Positions 1-6,951 of a DNA stretch of 12,876 bases are shown piece by piece. The first letter of the stretch is position 1; the number at the start of each line of letters is the position of its first letter. Source of the stretch: an uncultured Gemmatimonadota bacterium (GTDB lineage: Bacteria > SM23-81); the NCBI GenBank assembly GCA_964584035.1, contig CAZOYL010000073.1, forward strand, positions 1 through 12,876. Direction: 5' to 3'. Made by a program: the position numbers and the translations under genes. Below the pieces are notes generated by a model. That model worked only from the letters and a program-made list of their open reading frames with translations. It did no database searches and had not been told where the DNA came from.

Positions 1-1778
1 TGGGTGACGGTCAGGCTGGCCGGGTCATTGGTCCACAGAGGCATGGCCGGATCACCTAACAGGCTGAGAGTCCACTCACAGTATTCACTGACATCCGTAT
101 CTGAGTGTTCGTCGAACTGATGCTTGGCATAGGCCAGGGTGTGGCCGAGAAGATATTGATCGTAATTGAACAGTCCCCGCCACCAGTCGCGGTCCAGCTG
201 GCAGGATAGCTCTTCGGTCCAACCTATGTAGAACCAGCCGGAACGGGTGTTGCCCGTGAAGGAGACGCCGGCCTGGTTGGGATTGTAGATCACGAAGTGC
301 TCGCCGATGCCGTCGCTGTAGGTCATGTCGTTGGCCCAACAGCCCATGCTAACTACGTTACTTGGCTGGCCGTTGTTGGTCAGGTCGTCCACGTCGTCGT
401 TGTACAAAGCCCAGGAGCCATGGTTGAGATAGCCCAGTCCCATCACGTTGCTGTTGGAGTGGTCGGCGTGGTTGACCAGGTTCTGGCCGGCGTTGAGGGC
501 GGTGATGGTGGCCGTCTCATGGTTGGTACCCTGGCTGTCATAGACCTTGGTGACATTGAACCCCGATGGGATTTAGCCGTCGATGGTCTCCTTGAGGTCC
601 TCGGCTGCAGTGAGAGTATAATATGGTGGATCTGAAGCTAGCGTCAGATCCATGCCGATGAGCAGGACGTCCTCGGCGAAGTTGCTGGTGGGCGGGTTCT
701 TCTCGTAGTTAATGATTTTATCGATGGCCGTGCTGAACTGCGTGGAGCTGGAGCCGGACAGGCGGCCCACATACACCTCCCAGGTCCAGTCGTCGTCATA
801 GTCGGCATAGTAGTTGTCGCTGGGAATGCTCTCGCCGTAGTAGGTCCGGTACTTGAACGGTACTGTGCCGTCCTCGCCGCCCATGAGAAAATACATCGTG
901 CCCCAGGTGCTGCGGGCGTCGATGATGAAATTGCGAATCCTCTGGGCGTTATCGGAACCGCTGTAGTTGCCGTAGATATAAGTGGTGGTCACCACCGTGT
1001 CGCGCAGTCCCCGCTTGTTGTGCCACTCCACCAGGTCGTCGAAATAGGATGTGTACGAGCTGGAGGTGATGATCACATGGTCGAAATCGCCGGAAGGAAG
1101 GGATTTTGAGAGAGCGACCAAGGATGGATTCAGAAAAACATCCTCGGGATTTACCACCATATCACGAACCAGGGGTTCGTAATGGTCGCGATGCTTCTGA
1201 GTGAATTTGGCGTAACGTTCTTCCGATGAAAAGCCCGGCTCGCTCGATACGGTGATCTCCAGCTCCCGATGCAGGATCAGCTCTCCGGTGGCCGGGACGA
1301 TCTGCATGGGATAGACGGTCACCACGGCCATTTGCTGACCGGCCAGGTCGGTTTGGCCGCTCAGTTTGGCCGATTGAGCCGGATAGAGATCGGTGGAGCT
1401 GTAGATCTTCGGGTCGGGCTCGGTGAAAGGCGGCGGCGGGCTGCCGTCCAGGCGGGCCGGATGCTGACCGGGGTAGATCCGGTAGATCCCGGGTATCTCC
1501 TGGCTGTCCACCGGGCGCACCACGACAGCGGTCGCTTTGTTTCCCGATGGAATGGCGATCCTGATCTGCAGGGCGGGCATGGCCGGCTCGCCGGCCTGGC
1601 CTGAAATGCTTCCTTCCTTCAACCGGAGCCGGTCGTAACCGGCCAGTTGATCGATGATGAACTGATCCTTCTCGAAGTTGAGAGTCACGGTGGTTTCCTG
1701 AGCCGCGGAAGCGCCCTGAGAGATAACCAGGGCCATCAGGGCGGTCAGACCAACGATGATCACACGACGAGATACCAT
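1..1778 (-). pseudogene. C25 (gingipain-like) cysteine peptidase, paralog B, interrupted by a single in-frame TAA at 573-575; 3' end lies beyond the left edge
   Basis: After ...EDLKETIDG* the same frame continues with no further stop to the edge: IPSGFNVTKVYDSQGTNH...NLVNHADHSN...VVSMGCW...GVSFTGNTRSGW...CEWTLSLLGDPAMPLWTNDPASLTVT. This is collinear with the 4212-6584 paralog (VPARFNINKVYDSQ...NHADHC...AEGCW...GDPAMPLWTD). Likely start is ATG 1778 (MVSRRVIIVG..., signal peptide) behind SD AGGAGGT at 1785-1791. The stop may be a base-call error. Confidence 0.8.
573..1778 (-). CDS. Truncated ORF of the interrupted C25 peptidase: signal peptide, C25 propeptide and first half of the catalytic domain
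   Basis: ORF track 573..1826, start moved to ATG 1778 because of the SD. Propeptide motifs GEPAMP, IYSSTDLYP, VTVYPMQ; C25 motifs DHVIIT, RIRNFII, YFLMGGE, SDNYYADYD, VYVGRL. The catalytic His and Cys lie beyond the stop. Confidence 0.6.
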   Translation of the reverse strand: MVSRRVIIVGLTALMALVISQGASAAQETTVTLNFEKDQFIIDQLAGYDRLRLKEGSISGQAGEPAMPALQIRIAIPSGNKATAVVVRPVDSQEIPGIYRIYPGQHPARLDGSPPPPFTEPDPKIYSSTDLYPAQSAKLSGQTDLAGQQMAVVTVYPMQIVPATGELILHRELEITVSSEPGFSSEERYAKFTQKHRDHYEPLVRDMVVNPEDVFLNPSLVALSKSLPSGDFDHVIITSSSYTSYFDDLVEWHNKRGLRDTVVTTTYIYGNYSGSDNAQRIRNFIIDARSTWGTMYFLMGGEDGTVPFKYRTYYGESIPSDNYYADYDDDWTWEVYVGRLSGSSSTQFSTAIDKIINYEKNPPTSNFAEDVLLIGMDLTLASDPPYYTLTAAEDLKETIDG

Positions 1779-1854
1779 CTTTCGACCTCCTTTGCTATCG
1801 GTCTCTGGATGTGTGAATGTTGACAATGCCGTCCGTATGGCAAGGTCCTCATGG

Positions 1855-1889
1855 AAAAATAGGGAGTCCCATGCCTATCAGTACTCCCT
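1855..1889 (-). promoter_or_regulatory. Terminator-like hairpin in the 5' leader of C25 paralog B (possible attenuator)
   Basis: Minus strand AGGGAGT-N15-ACTCCCT followed by ATTTTT, starting just after the predicted transcription start. Confidence 0.35.
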
Positions 1890-1897
1890 CTTCTACC

Positions 1898-1926
1898 ATT
1901 TTATCACATCATTGGTATTCTGTCAA
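1898..1926 (-). promoter_or_regulatory. sigma70-type promoter for C25 paralog B
   Basis: TTGACA (1926-1921), 17 nt spacer ending TGA, TAAAAT (1903-1898); AT-rich upstream region. Confidence 0.8.
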
Positions 1927-2008
1927 GACATTAATTTTATTGAGATTTAGTGGTATTTAGGCGGTGCCCGATGCAAGCTGAACCGGCCGTTCGATAGCGC
2001 TGACCTGT

Positions 2009-2041
2009 AAAAAGGTCCTTCCCCCGGCGAGGGAAGGGCCT
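2009..2041 (-). terminator. Rho-independent terminator of the metallophosphoesterase gene
   Basis: Minus strand AGGCCCTTCCCTC-GCC-GGGGGAAGGACCT followed by a T-run, about 40 nt after the TGA. Confidence 0.8.
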
Positions 2042-2082
2042 GTGTGTTCGAATGCACAAGGGAAGCAAGAAGTTCACTCGCC

Positions 2083-2412
2083 TCAAGGGGCTGTGATCAT
2101 GTCAAGGTCGAATTCACCCGCGGTATTGGAATCAGCCGCCTTGCGATCCTGATCGTCCACCGCTCTGACGACATAGTAGTGGTTGATGCCGGTGTCTTTC
2201 AGCGCGGGCGTGGCGTCTTCATAGACATTGCCCGTGGTGTGGCCCATAGAATCCGAGGGAATAGGAGTGAAATTCGGATCAGCATGGCGGTAGATGACGT
2301 AATGATCCACTGTGATGGGCGTGCCGGCCGTATCCTCGGTGACGGCCGACCAGCTCAGCTGAATCTCATCGCCGGCCAGAGCAGCCGCCAAATCCGAGAT
2401 GGACGCCGGCGG
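2083..2412 (-). repeat. Shared C-terminal FN3-like GEFD module, copy in the metallophosphoesterase
   Basis: PPASISDLAAALAGDEIQLSWSAVT...VDHYVIYR...NHYYVVRAVD...DSNTAGEFD; aligns without gaps to the copy at 8871-9197. Confidence 0.85.
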
Positions 2413-3909
2413 GCCGGTGTTTTCATTCATGCTGACGGTCACAGTCTGATATGAATTCGCCAGGATGTCCACGGCCACGTAACAGACGACCACGGGATCG
2501 GAATCATCCACCTGGACCAGACTGCCGCCAATGACGGAGACGCTGCTGCCGGGCATCAGGAAGCGCAGCAGGGCATACTCAAAGCGCTCATCGTGATTAT
2601 TGTCGATCCCGGCGGTGACCGATGTGTGTGTCCCGTCGTTGGCCGGGGAATATTGAACCGACAGGTTGTTTCCCGAGGATCCCGCTGAGATCGTTTCTGT
2701 CGGCAGGAGGGTGCCGTCCTGGACCCTGATGAGACGATAAGACCGGTTTTCATCACAGACATTGTTCGTGGCCAGATCGTACGGTGGAGAGGAGATACTC
2801 CCCTGATCGGAGTGGATGTGTCCCCACAAAGCCATCTCCACCCCCAGGGAGTTGAGGTTGATCTGGTTCGAAAAGTCATAGTGGTAGAAAAGAACCTGCG
2901 AGATGCTGCCGGAGGCTGCGGTCAGATCTTCATCCAGCCAGTCCATCTGGCCCGCTGTGAAGCTGTCGCTGCCATAGATGGCCGACCGCCAATTGTCGTA
3001 GTTGTCGTAGGCTTCCAGTCCGGCGTAGTGCACCGGCCCGTAGTCGAAACTGTAGTTCTGCGTGTACCAGGGTGCCCCGGGCGGGGGATCGTCCAGCCGG
3101 CGCCAGCCGAAAAATCGCCACCAATCCCGCCGGGCGGTGCCATAGGACGGCGGGGTGTCGTCCCAGCCGCCGATGTCGTGATTGCCGGAGGTGAGAAAAA
3201 CGGGGACCTCGAACTCGGTCAACAGCTTCTGAGTGCGCGTGTAGTAACGTTTATCGAGATAATCCTCCAGTTCCCCCTCGTTGATGGCGTCGCCGGTGAA
3301 CAGGATGAACTCCGGATTGATGATGTTGATGTCGTCAATCACGGCCCGGAAATCATCTATTTCGGAGGTGTCGGTGTCGGCTCCCGATTCATAGTAATAA
3401 AGATGCGTGGGCAGATGAGTGTCGGTGATGTGGATGAAATAGTAGTCATCGCGGAACTCGGGGATGATCTTGACCGCCTGCCAGGTGGTGTCGGCGATGC
3501 CGCCGCTGGCGGTGACCGCCAGGTCGTAGAGTTCATAGAGCGAAACGGCGGGGATCTGTGCCGAGAGGGTCCACCACAGCGTCGAGGTGTCATAGCTTGA
3601 GGACAGGACCGGCAGGGAAATCTGCGTCTGGCCGTGATAGAGCTCCGCGGTCCAACCGGAGGTGCCTGAGCTGGCCTGACACTCGATGGTCAGGGTATCC
3701 CCCGGAGTGATCAGCGCAGGGATGTTCAGCAGGGGCCGCTGGATGACGGTCAGGGTGTCGCCCTTGGGAATAACCTTGGCCCGCTGTGGTGGAGAAAAAG
3801 CGTCAGCCTGATCGGCGCAGAACGCTTTCGGGGGGATGGCGAGAATGGCAGCGATCTGGAGAGCGAAAAAAAAGATAAGCACATTCACTCGAAAAGCGTT
3901 CGTTTTCAC
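2083..3909 (-). CDS. Secreted calcineurin-like metallophosphoesterase with C-terminal FN3-like module
   Basis: 608 aa; GTG start behind GGAGG; hydrophobic signal peptide; metallophosphoesterase motifs HITDTH, FTGDAIN, SGNHD, LFYHY, LWGHIH; shared C-terminal module ending SNTAGEFDLDMITAP. Confidence 0.88.
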   Translation of the reverse strand: MKTNAFRVNVLIFFFALQIAAILAIPPKAFCADQADAFSPPQRAKVIPKGDTLTVIQRPLLNIPALITPGDTLTIECQASSGTSGWTAELYHGQTQISLPVLSSSYDTSTLWWTLSAQIPAVSLYELYDLAVTASGGIADTTWQAVKIIPEFRDDYYFIHITDTHLPTHLYYYESGADTDTSEIDDFRAVIDDINIINPEFILFTGDAINEGELEDYLDKRYYTRTQKLLTEFEVPVFLTSGNHDIGGWDDTPPSYGTARRDWWRFFGWRRLDDPPPGAPWYTQNYSFDYGPVHYAGLEAYDNYDNWRSAIYGSDSFTAGQMDWLDEDLTAASGSISQVLFYHYDFSNQINLNSLGVEMALWGHIHSDQGSISSPPYDLATNNVCDENRSYRLIRVQDGTLLPTETISAGSSGNNLSVQYSPANDGTHTSVTAGIDNNHDERFEYALLRFLMPGSSVSVIGGSLVQVDDSDPVVVCYVAVDILANSYQTVTVSMNENTGPPASISDLAAALAGDEIQLSWSAVTEDTAGTPITVDHYVIYRHADPNFTPIPSDSMGHTTGNVYEDATPALKDTGINHYYVVRAVDDQDRKAADSNTAGEFDLDMITAP

Positions 3910-4058
3910 AAGACCTCCATAAAAAGCGCCCGATCGGCCGGTCTGCGCGGCGAATCCACTCTGCAGAGTTTGCCATCATTCCGGCGGCTCAGAGAACCGG
4001 CCAAGCGACGAAAGGCTGCAGATCTTCTTGCTTGAGCAACATTCATACCTATAAAAAT

Positions 4059-4087
4059 ATTCTAACAGAAGTTTCTGTGTTTGTCAA
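4059..4087 (-). promoter_or_regulatory. sigma70-type promoter for the metallophosphoesterase, with an inverted repeat in the spacer
   Basis: TTGACA (4087-4082), 17 nt spacer ending TGT, TAGAAT (4064-4059). The spacer contains ACAGAA-N2-TTCTGT (4065-4078). Confidence 0.8.
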
Positions 4088-4158
4088 GAGTCTTAATTAA
4101 TGCCATTTAAGAGTGAATTTAGAAATTGAAGGAGTCTTTTCTCATAGGTTCAGGAAGT

Positions 4159-4184
4159 AAAAAAGGGCGCGGCAGGCCGCGCCC
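4159..4184 (-). terminator. Rho-independent terminator after C25 paralog A
   Basis: Minus strand GGGCGCGG-CCTG-CCGCGCCC-TTTTTT, about 27 nt after the TAA. Confidence 0.9.
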
Positions 4185-4211
4185 CCGCATATTTCATCAA
4201 TTACCTTTAGC

Positions 4212-4518
4212 TTACTTTGTATTTCCCAGCGGCACATCATATTTTCCCACAACATTCGACGGCTCCGATTTTCCGCCCGAGTCGCTGATCGTCCTGACGA
4301 CGTAGTAATATCCGCTGCCCGAGCCGCCCACGGCGCCGGCGTCGGTGTATGATGTGCCCGACGTGCCCGCAATGGAGTCCTCGGGGACCGGCACGAAATC
4401 GCCGGCCGTGTTGCGGTAGATGATGTAGCGCACGATGGTCTTGGTTTCCGGTGATGTCCAGGCCAGCGCCAGGTCGTTGTGACACATCTGGATGGACAGG
4501 TCGGTTACCGGCGGCGAG
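4212..4518 (-). repeat. Shared C-terminal FN3-like module, divergent copy in C25 paralog A
   Basis: PPVTDLSI...LALAW...RYIIYR...DFVPVPEDSIAGTSGTSYTD...YYYVVR...GGKSEPSNVVGKYDVPLGNTK. Confidence 0.75.
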
Positions 4519-6584
4519 GCCGGTTCGGTCACCTGGGTGTTTCCCCGGTAGGGCAGATAGTTATGCTTGGTCACTGTGACGTGCAGGCTGCCGGCGGTGG
4601 CCGGGGCGGGCGCGAAACCGGCGTCGCCGCCGGCATCTGTGAATGCGGTCAGATAGACCTCCCCGGACTTCCACAGGCAGACATAGGCGTTATCCAGATT
4701 GCTGCCGCCTGAGCTCACGTGGACGGCAAAAGAGGAGCTGCCCCCCGGCAGGGTCCCCGGGTGGATCACGGTCAGACTCTCCGGCGTGTCGGTCCACAGC
4801 GGCATGGCCGGATCGCCGGCCAGGACGAACTCCCACTCGCAGTGCTTCCAGATTGAGTCATAGGGCGCCAGATCCTGGTCATGCTGGTACTTGGCCCAGG
4901 CCACCATTTCGCCCAGGTGGAACAGATTTTCGCCCATCAGGGCTTTCCACCAGCCTCGCTCCATGGCCGAGGAACCCATCGTCTGGGTCTCGCCGTCGGA
5001 CCAGCCCACCCGGGTGTTGCCGCAGAAGGATACTCCGCCGCCGCCGTTGATATTGTGGAACAGGAAGTGTTCGGCCATGCAGTCCGACTCGGGCATGGCC
5101 GCCGGCCAGCAGCCCTCGGCCACCACGTTGGAGAACCGGTCGGTGTTGGTCAGAGCGTCCACGTCAGGGCCTTGAATAAGCCAGCCGTGGTTGATCCAGC
5201 CGGCTCCCATGGCATACCAGTTGCAGTGGTCGGCGTGATTGACTAAATGCATACCATCGTTCAGGTGCGCAATGATGGCGTTGAGATGGTGGGTGATCTG
5301 GCTGTCATAGACCTTGTTGATATTGAACCGGGCGGGCACGTCCAGGGCCACCTCCTCCTTGAGATTCTCGCCGAACATGGTGGTATCATAGTCCATGCCG
5401 ATGAACAGGGCCTCCAGGATATAGTCGTCCATCGGCGGATCCTGCTCGTATTTAAGAAGCTTACCCATGATGCGGTTGAACTCCAGGGCATAGCTGGCCG
5501 AGATGCGGCCGACCATCACCTCCCAGGTCCAGTCGTCGTCATAGTCGGCGTAGTAGTTATCGCTGGGCGGCGTCTCGGCATAGTCCCCATCTTTGATATA
5601 CTGCCGATAACAGAAGGGCACGACGTTGGCCTCTCCGCCGAGCAGGAAATAGATGGCGCCCCAGGTGCTGTGGGCGTCGATGATGAAGTTGCGGATCCGG
5701 GTGGTGTCGTCGCCGGCATAGTTGGCGCCGATCCACTCGGTGGTTACCACCGTGTCGCGCAGCCCCCGACGGTTGTGCCACTCGACCAGGTCGTCGAAGT
5801 AGGAGACGTAGCTGCTGTGGGTGATGATCACGTGGTCGAACTGGCCGGAAGGCAAGGCCTTGGATGCTGCGCTCAGGGGAGGGTTGACGATGACATCCTG
5901 CGGGTTTACCACCATCTGGCGGATCATGTGGCCATAAAGTTGTCGCTGTTTTTCCGTAAACCGGGCATATCGCTCCCGGGAGACGCGGCCGGGTCTCGTT
6001 TCAACCGCTATTTCCATTTCTCGGTGCAGGATCAATTGTCCTGTCGCCGGAACGTACTGCAACGGATAGACCGTCACCACGGCCATCTGCTGCCCGGCCA
6101 AATCGGTCTGGCGGACCAGGCGGCCCAGCTTGGCGGGGTAGAGTTCCGAGGATGCATAAACCTCCTCATTGGGTTCCACGAACGGGGATCGTGGACTATC
6201 GTCCAGGGGCCGGGGCGGCTGTCCCGGCAGAATGTGGTAAAGACCGGGCAGCTCCTGGCTCTCCACCGGGCGCACGGTGACCGAGACGGCTTCATGCCCG
6301 GCCGGGATGGCGATATGCAGCTGGCGAACGGGCAGGGTAGGCTCTCCGGGTCGGCCGATCGATTGGGCGCCGTCCAGGCGGACCAGGTCATACCCCTGCC
6401 GGCGGTCGAACTGTAGCCGACCGGGATCGACGGTCATTATCACCGTCGTTTGATGAGATGCGAAAACGGCGTCTGACCATCCCAGGACCAGGGATACCAC
6501 TGCGACGGAGAGGATCGCGACGACCTTCAAAAGGTGATAGCGCATAACCTTTTCTTCTGAGAAAGGAGTTGTATGGGTCTGCAT
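4212..6584 (-). CDS. C25 (gingipain-like) cysteine peptidase, paralog A: signal peptide, propeptide, C25 catalytic domain, Ig-like C25_C-type domain, FN3-like module
   Basis: 790 aa (alternative start ATG 6545, MRYHLL). Motifs GEPTLP, DHVIIT, YFLLGGE, SDNYYADYD, VGRIS, NHADHC (His), AEGCW (Cys), LAGDPAMPLW, VTVTKHNYLPY. Confidence 0.9.
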   Translation of the reverse strand: MQTHTTPFSEEKVMRYHLLKVVAILSVAVVSLVLGWSDAVFASHQTTVIMTVDPGRLQFDRRQGYDLVRLDGAQSIGRPGEPTLPVRQLHIAIPAGHEAVSVTVRPVESQELPGLYHILPGQPPRPLDDSPRSPFVEPNEEVYASSELYPAKLGRLVRQTDLAGQQMAVVTVYPLQYVPATGQLILHREMEIAVETRPGRVSRERYARFTEKQRQLYGHMIRQMVVNPQDVIVNPPLSAASKALPSGQFDHVIITHSSYVSYFDDLVEWHNRRGLRDTVVTTEWIGANYAGDDTTRIRNFIIDAHSTWGAIYFLLGGEANVVPFCYRQYIKDGDYAETPPSDNYYADYDDDWTWEVMVGRISASYALEFNRIMGKLLKYEQDPPMDDYILEALFIGMDYDTTMFGENLKEEVALDVPARFNINKVYDSQITHHLNAIIAHLNDGMHLVNHADHCNWYAMGAGWINHGWLIQGPDVDALTNTDRFSNVVAEGCWPAAMPESDCMAEHFLFHNINGGGGVSFCGNTRVGWSDGETQTMGSSAMERGWWKALMGENLFHLGEMVAWAKYQHDQDLAPYDSIWKHCEWEFVLAGDPAMPLWTDTPESLTVIHPGTLPGGSSSFAVHVSSGGSNLDNAYVCLWKSGEVYLTAFTDAGGDAGFAPAPATAGSLHVTVTKHNYLPYRGNTQVTEPASPPVTDLSIQMCHNDLALAWTSPETKTIVRYIIYRNTAGDFVPVPEDSIAGTSGTSYTDAGAVGGSGSGYYYVVRTISDSGGKSEPSNVVGKYDVPLGNTK

Positions 6585-6615
6585 TTCATCTCCCGAGGGG
6601 ATATTGCTCCTCGAC

Positions 6616-6951
6616 TCATCGATGGCCGGCGGTGGTATTGATCAAGTTGACGTCGAACTCGCCAACCACACTGGAATCAGCAGATTTCATGCCTGCCTCG
6701 ACGGCTTTCACCAAATAATAATGATCCGTCGCCGGGTCCCCCAGCGCGGCGGTGGCATCGTCATAGAATGTGCCCGCCGTGGCGGCGATCGAATCGCTCG
6801 GGCCGGGGGAGAAGTCCGGGTCGATGCCGCGGTAGATGATGTAATGGTCCACCGAGATGGGCGTCTCCTCGATATCCACGGTCACCGCCGACCAGCTCAG
6901 ATGGATCATATCGCCTGCTAACGAGGCCGACAGGTCAGCGATGGCCGCCGG
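6616..6951 (-). repeat. Shared C-terminal FN3-like GEFD module, copy in the PHP hydrolase
   Basis: PAAIADLSASLAGDMIHLSWSAVT...VDHYIIYR...DHYYLVKAVE...DSSVVGEFDVNLIN. Confidence 0.85.

Noticed and set aside
573..575. Stop-codon reassignment, selenocysteine or pyrrolysine to explain the internal stop
   Set aside because: The codon is TAA (Sec uses TGA, Pyl uses TAG), TAA is the true stop of three genes here (4212, 8871, 11600), and no other gene has an internal stop.
1820..1850. Plus-strand TTGACA as a divergent promoter
   Set aside because: No -10 element at 16-18 nt spacing and no credible downstream gene.
3940..3976. c-di-GMP-I riboswitch resemblance (minus strand GGCAAAC...AGAGTGG)
   Set aside because: No GNRA tetraloop in the first stem and no GACGCAAAG junction or second stem; only a short word match.
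774..5549. Exact 33 nt repeat (774-806 and 5517-5549) as a CRISPR, DGR template or mobile-element end
   Set aside because: It encodes the conserved ADYDDDWTWEV motif in two paralogs; there are no spacers, adenine-specific mismatches, reverse transcriptase or transposase.
4212..6584. Gene symbols rgpA/rgpB/kgp/porU (and amyA for the GH13 genes)
   Set aside because: Only family-level similarity; active-site motifs and domain architectures differ, so orthology cannot be supported.
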